DNA of 64,000 nucleotides from an uncultured Candidatus Binatia bacterium (GTDB lineage Bacteria; Desulfobacterota; Binatia; Bin18): NCBI GenBank assembly GCA_958296235.1, contig OY282457.1, positions 635,769 to 699,768 of the forward strand, read 5' to 3'. Shown piece by piece: positions 26,950 to 35,216 of this stretch (position 1 is its first letter; each line of letters starts with the position of its first letter). The notes under the pieces were generated by a model. It saw only the letters and a program-made list of their open reading frames with translations, ran no database searches and was not told where the DNA came from. The position numbers and the translations under genes were made by a program.

Positions 26950-27377
26950 TGGAAAAGATGGAAAAACTTGCTGAGCTGCTACGGAATCAGAGGCGATCTT
27001 GGGGCATCCACATTTTCCGGGCCGGTCGGGAAACTTCTCCTGAGCAGTACCTGGAGATATATAGAGAGACGCCGGGTGGACGCTCTCTGGTAGGCAGCCT
27101 TTCCCAGGAGGAGGAGAAATTTGTGTTTCGTTATGATCCAGACTACCGAGCGGAGCCTATCTCCGCCTTTCCTGATCTCGCCAAGGAGTACCGCTCCGAG
27201 GAATTGTGGCCTTTCTTCTCGGTCCGAATTCCGCCGATTGAGCGGGAAGATATGCGCGAGGCAATAGCAGCCCGCAACATCAAATCCGACCAACCCATTG
27301 AGCTATTGGGGAAGGTAGCAAAATTTTCCGTCACCAACCCGTACGAATTTCAACTCAACAACGACAACGACGCCTGA
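26946..27377 (+). CDS. HipA N-terminal-domain-only protein (HipS-like), no kinase domain
   Basis: Matches HipA N-subdomain blocks: LVGSLSQ (RVGEL), FVFRYDPDY (FKYAPEW), PISAFPDL (PLSLSLPL), FFSVRIPPIEREDMREAIA (FFDNLLPEGPIRETLA), LLGKVAKFSVTNPYEF (LLQAVGRECAGAL). Ends 3 nt before the pxpC ATG. Confidence 0.5.
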   Translation: MMEKMEKLAELLRNQRRSWGIHIFRAGRETSPEQYLEIYRETPGGRSLVGSLSQEEEKFVFRYDPDYRAEPISAFPDLAKEYRSEELWPFFSVRIPPIEREDMREAIAARNIKSDQPIELLGKVAKFSVTNPYEFQLNNDNDA

Positions 27378-27379
27378 GC

Positions 27380-28393
27380 ATGTTACGTATGCTGAACGTC
27401 ATCGAGCCCGGCCTGTCGACCACCGTCCAGGACCTCGGGCGGCTGCACTGGTACCACATCGGCATGCCGCCTTCAGGCGCGCTGGACAATTTCGCGTTCC
27501 GGGTCGGCAACCTGCTGGTCGGCAACGACGAGGCCGCGGCCGGTCTCGAAGTCACCTATGCCGGACCTCGGCTGGAGGCGACCGCGGACACCCTGATTGC
27601 GGTCACCGGGGCGGACATTGACTTTCGCATCAACGACCGACCGGCCGGCCAATGGCAGGCGCAGGCGGTCAAGCCTGGGGATAGTATCAGCCTGGGCGGA
27701 GTCCGGCGCGGCGCGCGAGCCTATGTGTGCGTGGCCGGCGGGATCGCTGTGCCGGAGCGGCTGGACAGCCGCTCCACCTATACGCTGGGCCGCTTCGGCG
27801 GTCTGGACGGCAGGAAACTGCTCGGCGGCGATCAACTCCCACTGGGGCAGCCGCGGGTCTCACCCGCAACAATGCTGGGCCGGATGTTCGACCCGGCCCT
27901 GGTTCCGACAGTCGGGAAAACGCTTGACGTGCGAGTCGTCATGGGCATGTGCAGCCACCGCGTGACCCCGGCCAGCCTGGCCGAGTTCCTGGCCGCGGAC
28001 TGGGAGGTCACCACCGAAGCGGACCGGATCGGCTATCGTCTGAAAGGCCCCAGGTTCGAGTTCAATGCCGGCGAGCGACCCTTTGGCGCCGGCGCCGACC
28101 CCTCGAACGTCGTCGATCTGGGCTACCCGATCGGCTCGATTCAGATTCCGGGCGGACTGGAGGCCATCGTGCTGCTGAACGACGCGGTGACTGGCGGCGG
28201 CTACACGACCATCGGCACCGTCATCACAGCCGACCTCGATCTGGTTGCCCAGGCTTCTCCCGGCTGTCACATCCGCTTTCACGCGGTCGGTATTAACGAG
28301 GCATTACAGGCCCGCCGCGCGCGCGCGGCGCGCATCGAACAGGTCCGTCTGGAGTTGGGGATTTTCGATCAGGCCGGGGCGTTGGGCCAGTGA
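27380..28393 (+). CDS. pxpC: 5-oxoprolinase subunit C (KipA/allophanate hydrolase subunit 2 family), intact copy
   Basis: 337 aa, full-length. ATG 27380 (MLRMLNV) or 27389 (MLNV). Confidence 0.85.
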   Translation: MLRMLNVIEPGLSTTVQDLGRLHWYHIGMPPSGALDNFAFRVGNLLVGNDEAAAGLEVTYAGPRLEATADTLIAVTGADIDFRINDRPAGQWQAQAVKPGDSISLGGVRRGARAYVCVAGGIAVPERLDSRSTYTLGRFGGLDGRKLLGGDQLPLGQPRVSPATMLGRMFDPALVPTVGKTLDVRVVMGMCSHRVTPASLAEFLAADWEVTTEADRIGYRLKGPRFEFNAGERPFGAGADPSNVVDLGYPIGSIQIPGGLEAIVLLNDAVTGGGYTTIGTVITADLDLVAQASPGCHIRFHAVGINEALQARRARAARIEQVRLELGIFDQAGALGQ

Positions 28394-28403
28394 GGGCGCG
28401 GCA

Positions 28404-28919
28404 ATGGTCGTCCTGGCTCTGCTGTGTGGTCTTTTTTTCCTCGCCGGCTGTCCAGGTCAAAACAACGCCGGCCGGTATGACTTGACCAGACACAATCTGG
28501 CACGGTTGCTGCAAAATCCCCTGGCCGCAAAAAGTACGCTCGTCCCGGGGTCTTACACAGGCTGTGAGCACATCCCCACCCCCGACCCAACCTCCTCCTA
28601 TTCCGGGGTTGAGGTCACGGGAGCGCCCTGCGAAGTCAGCGTCAAGGAGGACGGCCGGGTGTCCGTCAGCTTTCTTCCCGAGGAGGTGCTGGTGGTCGTC
28701 TTAGCGGGTTCGGACACCCACCTTGGGGAGTTTCAAAATGATGGGGTTCTGGTCGTGCAGCACGACAGAAACGACACACCCATGAACGTCACGCACACCA
28801 GGTATGATTCCAGTGGAGCAATCATTTACGGCCAGTCCGGCCAGGGAGACTTCATCAGGGCCTGCGCCGATCTGAGGGATGTCCCTCAGACCTGCCAGAA
28901 AGCAAAATTCTACCCGTAG
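28404..28919 (+). CDS. Lipoprotein (hypothetical)
   Basis: MVVLALLCGLFFLAGC lipobox. The ORF-track upstream extension overlaps pxpC. Confidence 0.5.
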   Translation: MVVLALLCGLFFLAGCPGQNNAGRYDLTRHNLARLLQNPLAAKSTLVPGSYTGCEHIPTPDPTSSYSGVEVTGAPCEVSVKEDGRVSVSFLPEEVLVVVLAGSDTHLGEFQNDGVLVVQHDRNDTPMNVTHTRYDSSGAIIYGQSGQGDFIRACADLRDVPQTCQKAKFYP

Positions 28920-29013
28920 AATACCGAAACGAGTTTGTCATAAGGTGCGCTTCAAGCTGTCCGCGCGCCTGGTTTCAGACAGCCATTCGCCCCATGTCTT
29001 CGATCACGCAGCG

Positions 29014-32000
29014 TCATAAGCTGAAATCGAACTTCTGCACCCCCCGCGACTGGACTGCATGTCCATCTTCCAAGCGTGGCTGGAATTTCCACTGGACAAT
29101 GGCATCCAGGGCCGCTCTGTCGAATACGCCGGGCGGGTCGGATGTGACCACCTCGGGACTGGTCACGCTCCCCTCCTGCGTGACGATGAACCTGACCGTG
29201 ACTGAGCCTTCGAGCTTACGACGCAGGGCCAGCCCGGGATACTGGGGCGGAACCCGTACCAGGGGTTGCAAATCGGCTACGCTGACGGTTCTGACGGCCT
29301 GCACAGCGTAAGGCAGTGTCCGGGCAATACGCAGCCCGACATAATCGTACCGATAGGCAGCGTCATAGCCGTTGCGGCTGGCGGACCGGACGACTTTCGG
29401 CGAGAATATCCAGGACCCCCCGCGCGACACACGCCGCCGGCAATCCTCTGGAGTCCACGCCTGCCCGTCCAACGGTGTCGCAGCGTAATTCTCAGCCCAG
29501 CAGTCCTGCACCCATTCCCCGACATTGCCGTGCATATCGTACAAGCCGAACGCGTTCGGCCTGAAACTCCCCACCGGTATCGTTCGCCGGCGGTCCGTCC
29601 CGGTCGGCTCCTCGCCGTAACTGTATGTTGCGTCGAAGTTCGCCTCCGCATCGCTGATTGTTTCTCCCAAGTGAAACGGCGTCCGCGTATGTGCCCGCGC
29701 CGCATACTCCCACTCTGTCTCGCTCAGTAACCGGTACGACCGGCCCGACACGTTCGTTAACCAGCGTACATACGCCTGTGCGTCCGCCCAAGTCACGTTG
29801 ATGACCGGCTGCCGCCCGCGCCCCCAGCCGGCATCGTCGGGACGATATCCATTGCACCCCCCCGCACTCACACACGCATCCCATTCCGCAAAGGTCACTT
29901 CGTACACCCCGACCGCTAACGCCCGGGGAATCTCCACCATACTCAGCGGTCCTTCGTCCTCACTCCGCCCTGCCTCAACGGACGTCGAGCCCCGCAGAAA
30001 GGAACTCGACGGGACGACCACGACCTCTGGACAGGCCGAACAGTCCCGGAAACGTTCGCCCGCCGGCCGCTCCCGCTCCGCCCGGACCAGGGCTATCCGC
30101 TGTTCCGTCGCCGCCCACCCGTGCTGGATGGTCGCCCGCGAGGTCTCGTACCCCGCCGCGCTCACTTCCACTTCGTATGCCCCGGCTGCTAACGCCATCC
30201 CCGCTTCATAGGGCTCCTCCAGGTTCGCGATCTGTACCTGCGCCCCCGCCGGCTCCGTGACCACCGTAAAAGGTTGCGGACCAATCTCCACCAGGGCTAT
30301 CCGCTGCTCGGTTGCCGTCCACCCGTGCTGGATAGTTGCCCGCGAGGTCTCATACCCCGCCGCGCTCACTTCCACTTCGTATGCCCCGGCTGCTAACGCC
30401 ATCCCCGCTTCATAGGGCTCCTCCAGGTTCGCGATCCGCACCTGCGCGCCCGCCGGCTCCGTGACCACCGTAAAAGGTTGCGGACCGATCTCCACCAGGG
30501 CTATCCGCCGTTCCGTCGCCTCCCGCCCGTGCTGGATGGTCTCTCTGACCGTCGCATACCCCGCCGCGCTCACTTCTACTTCGTACTCGCCCGGCCCTAA
30601 TGCCATCCCCGCTTGATACCGCTCCTCTATATTCACAATCCGTACCCGCGCCCCCGTCGGCTCCGTGACCACCGTAAAAGGTTGCGGACCGATCTCCACC
30701 AGGGCTATCCGCCGTTCCGTCGCCTCCCGCCCGTGCTGGATGGTCTCTCTGACCGTCGCATACCCCGCCGCGCTCACTTCTACTTCGTACTCGCCCGGCC
30801 CTAATGCCATCCCCGCTTGATACCGCTCCTCTATATTCACAATTCGCACCCGCGCGCCCGCCGGCTCCGTAACCACCGTAAAGGGCTGCGGGCCGATCTC
30901 CACCAGGGCTATCCGTCGTTCCGTCGCCGCCGCCCCATGCTGGATGGTCTCTCTGACCGTCGCATACCCCGCCGCACTCACTTCTACTTCGTACTCGCCC
31001 GGCCCTAACGCCATCCCCGCTTCATAGGGCTCTTCAATGTTCACAATCCGTACCCGCGCCCCTGCCGGCTCCGCCCTGACGGTGAACGGCTGCCGCTCTG
31101 GCTCTACCCGGGACAGGGCTATCCGCCGCTCGGTTGCCGCCGCCCCGTGCTGGATGGTCTCCCGCACCGTCGCATACCCCGCCGCGCTCACTTCCACTTC
31201 GTACTCACCCGGCTCTAACGCCATCCCCGCTTCATAGGGCTCCTCCAGGTTCACAATCCGTACCTGCGCCCCCGCCGGCTCCGCCCTGACGGTGAACGGC
31301 TGCCGCTCTGGCTCCACCCGGGACAGGACTATCCGCCGCTCGGTTGCCTCCCGCCCATGCTGGATGGTCTCTCTGACCGTCGCATACCCCGCCGCGCTCA
31401 CTTCCACTTCGTACTCGCCCGGCCCTAACGCCATTCCCGCTTCATAGGGCTCCTCAATGTTCACAATCCGTACCTGCGCCCCCGCCGGCTCCGCCATAAC
31501 GGTGAACGGCTGCCACTCTGGCTCTACCCGGGCAGTCAGCGACCGGGCAACGCGGAAACCGATGTCGTAGGCCCGCCTGTCAGTGAGGTATACGTCGCGG
31601 TTGGCAGAGCGCAGTGTCCCCGGCGCATAGTACCACGAGCCGCCACGCACGAACCGCTGACCGCAATCTCCGGTTGTCCGCGCCTGCCCGTCGCTCGGCG
31701 CGCCAATATAGGTATCGTTCCGGCAGTCCTGCACCCATTCGCCTACGTTGCCGTGCACGTCATACAGCCCGAACGCATTTGACTCAAAACTCCCCACAGG
31801 GATGGTTTGCCCGCGGTAGGGCCCTACTCTGCCGCGACCGTAGATGTATTTCCCATCATAGTTCGCTTGCGTGGTCGATATCGTAGCCCCGGTGTGAAAG
31901 GGGGTGCGCGTCCCGGCCCGGGCCACATACTCCCACTCTGCTTCGCTCAATAACCGGTACGACCAGCCGGTCTCCTCCGTCAACCAATCCACATACGCCT

Positions 32001-32928
32001 GCGCGTCCTCCCAACTCACGTTTATCACTGGCCGCCGGCCCCGATTCCAGCCCTCATCCCTCGGCTGGTATCCCTGACAACCCCCACCGGCCACACAGGC
32101 GTCCCATTCGGCAAAAGTCACTTCGTACACGCCCACGGCAAACGGCTCCGCTATTGTTACTTCGCGCTGCGGCCCTTCCGCGTCGCTCCGGCCCTCTTCG
32201 GTGACCGGCGCCCCCATCAGAAACGACCCGGCCGGCACCTCTATTATCTCCGGGCACGCTGAACAGTCCCGGAATGGCGTGTTCCCCGTCCGTTGGACAG
32301 CGACGGGTTCGCTCACCATGACCGGTTCGTTCCCCATCCGTTGAGCAGCACTGCGCAGGAGGGGCAGGGCGTCCGTCAATGGGATGGACGAGGATAGGCC
32401 GGTGTCGCGCAAAAAATCCTGTAAGGCTTGCCCGGTACGCTCGCCCCACATACCGTCTGCCGGGCCGGGCCGGTAGCCCAATGCGGCCAGCAAGCTCTGG
32501 GCCTCGCGGATCGCCTCGGACGGCATCCCGGTCTGGTCAGCAGGAATCAGTACAGAGCCGGCCCCGCTCGGTTGCCACTCCAGGGCCAGCCTCTGGGCCT
32601 CGGCGCGCTCTTGCGGACTCAACCGGGCGGCCAGCGCATCACGCTCGGCAACGGCTGCAAACTCGCCCCGGCTGGCGGCCAGATTGAACCACTTATGCGC
32701 CTCGACATAATTCTGCGGCACGCCCAAGCCCTGGAGATACACCCGCCCCAGGGCCAGCATGGACCTGGCCTCGCCAGCCTCCGCGCTCGTCTGCCACTCG
32801 GCTATGGCCACATTGCGCAGGCCGGCATCCCAAGCGCGTTGCCCAGCCTCGTAATCCGCCCCCGCCGGTGCAGCGATCATCAGCGTCAGTGCCAGCGCCC
32901 CTATCTTGAATTTGCTCTTCCATGCCAC
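29014..32928 (-). CDS. Giant envelope protein: signal peptide - Sel1 repeat - peptidoglycan-binding domain - FGE/SUMF1 domain - 7 tandem PEGA domains - second FGE/SUMF1 domain - TonB C-terminal domain
   Basis: Sel1 GRVYLQGLGVPQNYVEAHKWF. PG_binding_1 LLAALGYRPGPADGMWGERTGQALQDF. Two FGE blocks (FRDCSACPE...RGGSW). PEGA units with EPAGAQVRI...GMALGPGEYEV. C-terminal TonB_C LVRVPPQYP... Confidence 0.8.
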   Translation of the reverse strand: MAWKSKFKIGALALTLMIAAPAGADYEAGQRAWDAGLRNVAIAEWQTSAEAGEARSMLALGRVYLQGLGVPQNYVEAHKWFNLAASRGEFAAVAERDALAARLSPQERAEAQRLALEWQPSGAGSVLIPADQTGMPSEAIREAQSLLAALGYRPGPADGMWGERTGQALQDFLRDTGLSSSIPLTDALPLLRSAAQRMGNEPVMVSEPVAVQRTGNTPFRDCSACPEIIEVPAGSFLMGAPVTEEGRSDAEGPQREVTIAEPFAVGVYEVTFAEWDACVAGGGCQGYQPRDEGWNRGRRPVINVSWEDAQAYVDWLTEETGWSYRLLSEAEWEYVARAGTRTPFHTGATISTTQANYDGKYIYGRGRVGPYRGQTIPVGSFESNAFGLYDVHGNVGEWVQDCRNDTYIGAPSDGQARTTGDCGQRFVRGGSWYYAPGTLRSANRDVYLTDRRAYDIGFRVARSLTARVEPEWQPFTVMAEPAGAQVRIVNIEEPYEAGMALGPGEYEVEVSAAGYATVRETIQHGREATERRIVLSRVEPERQPFTVRAEPAGAQVRIVNLEEPYEAGMALEPGEYEVEVSAAGYATVRETIQHGAAATERRIALSRVEPERQPFTVRAEPAGARVRIVNIEEPYEAGMALGPGEYEVEVSAAGYATVRETIQHGAAATERRIALVEIGPQPFTVVTEPAGARVRIVNIEERYQAGMALGPGEYEVEVSAAGYATVRETIQHGREATERRIALVEIGPQPFTVVTEPTGARVRIVNIEERYQAGMALGPGEYEVEVSAAGYATVRETIQHGREATERRIALVEIGPQPFTVVTEPAGAQVRIANLEEPYEAGMALAAGAYEVEVSAAGYETSRATIQHGWTATEQRIALVEIGPQPFTVVTEPAGAQVQIANLEEPYEAGMALAAGAYEVEVSAAGYETSRATIQHGWAATEQRIALVRAERERPAGERFRDCSACPEVVVVPSSSFLRGSTSVEAGRSEDEGPLSMVEIPRALAVGVYEVTFAEWDACVSAGGCNGYRPDDAGWGRGRQPVINVTWADAQAYVRWLTNVSGRSYRLLSETEWEYAARAHTRTPFHLGETISDAEANFDATYSYGEEPTGTDRRRTIPVGSFRPNAFGLYDMHGNVGEWVQDCWAENYAATPLDGQAWTPEDCRRRVSRGGSWIFSPKVVRSASRNGYDAAYRYDYVGLRIARTLPYAVQAVRTVSVADLQPLVRVPPQYPGLALRRKLEGSVTVRFIVTQEGSVTSPEVVTSDPPGVFDRAALDAIVQWKFQPRLEDGHAVQSRGVQKFDFSL
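30080..31510. repeat. Seven near-identical ~204-bp tandem coding repeats (PEGA-domain units) inside the giant gene
   Basis: Protein units VEPE(W/R)QPFTV..EPAGAQVRIVN.EEPYEAGMAL.PGEYEVEVSAAGYATVRETIQHG... repeated 7 times. Plus-strand ORFs at 30613, 30817, 31037 are shadows. Confidence 0.8.
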
Positions 32929-32940
32929 GACGATTTCCCT

Positions 32941-33047
32941 CCTGAATCAGATTTGTACATTTGCATACGTAAACAAGATAGCCCCATCAGTTCATCCATC
33001 TTAGCGACGATCTTGAATCAGATTTGTACATTTGCATACGGAAGCAA
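32941..33047. promoter_or_regulatory. Two copies of a 27-bp exact direct repeat (tgaatcagatttgtacatttgcatacg) 70 bp apart in the AT-richer 5' region of the giant gene
   Basis: Copy 1 at 32944-32970, copy 2 at 33014-33040. Flanks also similar. Contains a TGTACA core. Confidence 0.6.
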
Positions 33048-33100
33048 GCCTTTCACCCCGCGTCGCCTTGACCCCGGATTTTTGCCCTTCAGATACTCGC

Positions 33101-35209
33101 TCATTCCTCTCCCTGCTCATCCACCGTCATCACGTATACGCCCGGATCATACAGCCGCGCCTGCCAGCCGGGAAAGACCACGATCGAGGTCGTGACTTCC
33201 TCAATAATTGCCGGACCAACAACCACGTTATCCACGAGCAACCTGGCCCCATCATAGACCGGCGTTATCACAAAGGCATTATCTTCTTCAAAAAAGGCCG
33301 GGCGTTCACCGCTCTGGGCATGGGCGGGGTCAGGGGTTCCCCTGGCGAGCGGCGGTAATTGAGGCTGGGCCACTTTGCCCACAACCGTGGACTCCAGGTT
33401 CATGATCTCGACCGCATTATCCCGCTCGCAATAGGTGAACAGTTCTTCGTGGCGCGTGTGAAACGCCTCGGCAATCGCGTCGATATTGCTGGCCGAGAGG
33501 TCTTCCCGCGGAATATCGACCTGGCACTCATGGACCTGATCCACGTAACGCATGTCCAGCGAGCGGGAGATTGCTATTGCGTCCGCGGTGACTCCAGCGC
33601 TGCCCAGGTCGTGCCGGCCCTGTGTTTCCATGGCCGCAAAGGTGGCGTTGAGGTGGGCGTAGTCCATAGCGTCCAGGCGGACTGCGCTGGACGACAGATA
33701 GCTGTGTTTCATGTCGGCCAGGATTTCACCGAACGCGCACAAGGCGGAGGCCACCTTGGGAATAAGAATGGTCGGAATGCCGAGTTCGCCGGCCAGCCGA
33801 CCGGCATGGGCGGGGCCGGCCCCGCCACCAACGACCAGCATGAAGTCGCGCGGGTCATAGCCGCGTTCGATTGACACGCGTCGAATGCCGCTGACCATAT
33901 TGGAGTTCACCAGCGTAAAAATCCCCTGGGCGGCGCGTTCGACATCCAGCTTGAGCGGCCCGGCAACCTCAGCCGCAATGACGCGCCGGGCCGCCGCGGC
34001 GTCGATCCGCAGCCGGCCACCGAGCAGCGACTTCTGGTTGAGATAGCCCAGCACGACCAGGGCGTCGGTTACGGTCGGACGCTGGCCGCCCCGGCCATAG
34101 GCGGCCGGGCCCGGCTGCGCGCCGGCGCTCTCCGGCCCGACCTGCAACAGCCCCATGCGATTCACAAAGGCGATGCTGCCGCCGCCCGCTCCGAGGGTCT
34201 CGACCTGAAGCATGGGGATGCCGATCCGGTAACGCAGAAAATCGAAGTCCTTGACGATATTCGTCTTGCCGTCCTTGCTCAGGCTGATGTCAAAGCTGGT
34301 GCCGCCCATATCCACGGTAATGATGTCACGCGGCCGGTCGCCGGCGCGCTCTTTGCCGTCATGAAAGAACAGGCCGGCGTTCGGCCCCGCGGCCGGCCCC
34401 GAGTTCAAAGCGTAGATGCCCTTGTCGGCCAGGAATCGACCCGAGGTCAGGCCGCCGTTGCTCTGCATATAGCGTACCGGATTGGCATAGCCCAGGTCGC
34501 GCAGCAAGGTCTCCATGCGCTCCACGTAACGTTGGATGAGCGGCCCGATATAGGCGTTCATCACGGTTGTGCTGGTCCGGGTGTATTCACGGATCTGAGG
34601 CAGCAGATCGACTGACAGGGTTATATAGGTCCCGGGCATTTCTGCCCGAACCAGCTCGGCGATACGCCGCTCGTGTTCGGGGTGCAGGAACGACCAGACC
34701 AGAGAGATGGCCACGGCCTCAACGCCCTCTTCCCGAAAGCGACGGATGCCGCGCCGGACATCGGCTTCGTTGAGCGGGACCCGCACTTCACCTGTGCTCA
34801 GCACGCGCTCTTCGACCGGAAACCGCAGGGCGCGCGGGACCAGCATGGTCGCCTGGGGAAAGTCTGCGTCGTAGCGGTGCCCGTCTTCCTTGTGGCCAAG
34901 ACGGATTTCGAGCGAGTCTTCGTGGCCGGCGGTGCAGAACAGACCGGTCCGCGCGCCCTTATGCTCGATCAGGGCATTAACGCCAACGGTCGTGCCAAGA
35001 ATAACGAGGTCACAGTCGCGCAGAAAGTCCGCCACGCTACAGCCGAGGTCGGCTCCGATTTGCTCAAGTCCTTCGCGCACGGCGCTGGGCGGGTCGTGCG
35101 GGGTGGACGGCGTCTTGTAGAGACGGATGCCTTCGCCGGCCGAGGCCAGAATGAAGTCGGTAAATGTTCCGCCGGTATCGATGCCGAGACGGTAAGCGTG
35201 CTGTGACAT
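33101..35209 (-). CDS. hyuA: Hydantoinase/oxoprolinase A subunit (HyuA family)
   Basis: MSQHAYRLGIDTGGTFTDF canonical N-terminus. ATG 35209 with AAAGGA RBS preferred over 35242. Confidence 0.85.
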   Translation of the reverse strand: MSQHAYRLGIDTGGTFTDFILASAGEGIRLYKTPSTPHDPPSAVREGLEQIGADLGCSVADFLRDCDLVILGTTVGVNALIEHKGARTGLFCTAGHEDSLEIRLGHKEDGHRYDADFPQATMLVPRALRFPVEERVLSTGEVRVPLNEADVRRGIRRFREEGVEAVAISLVWSFLHPEHERRIAELVRAEMPGTYITLSVDLLPQIREYTRTSTTVMNAYIGPLIQRYVERMETLLRDLGYANPVRYMQSNGGLTSGRFLADKGIYALNSGPAAGPNAGLFFHDGKERAGDRPRDIITVDMGGTSFDISLSKDGKTNIVKDFDFLRYRIGIPMLQVETLGAGGGSIAFVNRMGLLQVGPESAGAQPGPAAYGRGGQRPTVTDALVVLGYLNQKSLLGGRLRIDAAAARRVIAAEVAGPLKLDVERAAQGIFTLVNSNMVSGIRRVSIERGYDPRDFMLVVGGGAGPAHAGRLAGELGIPTILIPKVASALCAFGEILADMKHSYLSSSAVRLDAMDYAHLNATFAAMETQGRHDLGSAGVTADAIAISRSLDMRYVDQVHECQVDIPREDLSASNIDAIAEAFHTRHEELFTYCERDNAVEIMNLESTVVGKVAQPQLPPLARGTPDPAHAQSGERPAFFEEDNAFVITPVYDGARLLVDNVVVGPAIIEEVTTSIVVFPGWQARLYDPGVYVMTVDEQGEE

Positions 35210-35216
35210 AGGTCCT

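Larger units (their letters stand above)
26421..27388. mobile_element. ~968-bp AT-richer inserted segment flanked by exact 83-bp direct repeats (26338-26420 and 27389-27471)
   Basis: Direct repeat is identical by eye. The intervening sequence is visibly lower in GC and encodes three translationally coupled ORFs. Confidence 0.55.

Noticed and set aside
28245-28403. N-terminal extension of the lipoprotein ORF (MPRLLPAV...)
   Set aside because: Overlaps the pxpC 3' end in another frame. The lipobox start at 28404 is far more plausible.
30613-31237. Plus-strand ORFs of 63-66 aa repeating inside the giant gene (30613, 30817, 31037)
   Set aside because: Antisense shadows of the 204-bp PEGA coding repeats, with identical artefactual peptides.
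30080-31510. Possible CRISPR-like regular repeats
   Set aside because: Units are 204 bp, contiguous with no spacers, and in-frame coding sequence of a protein. Not CRISPR.
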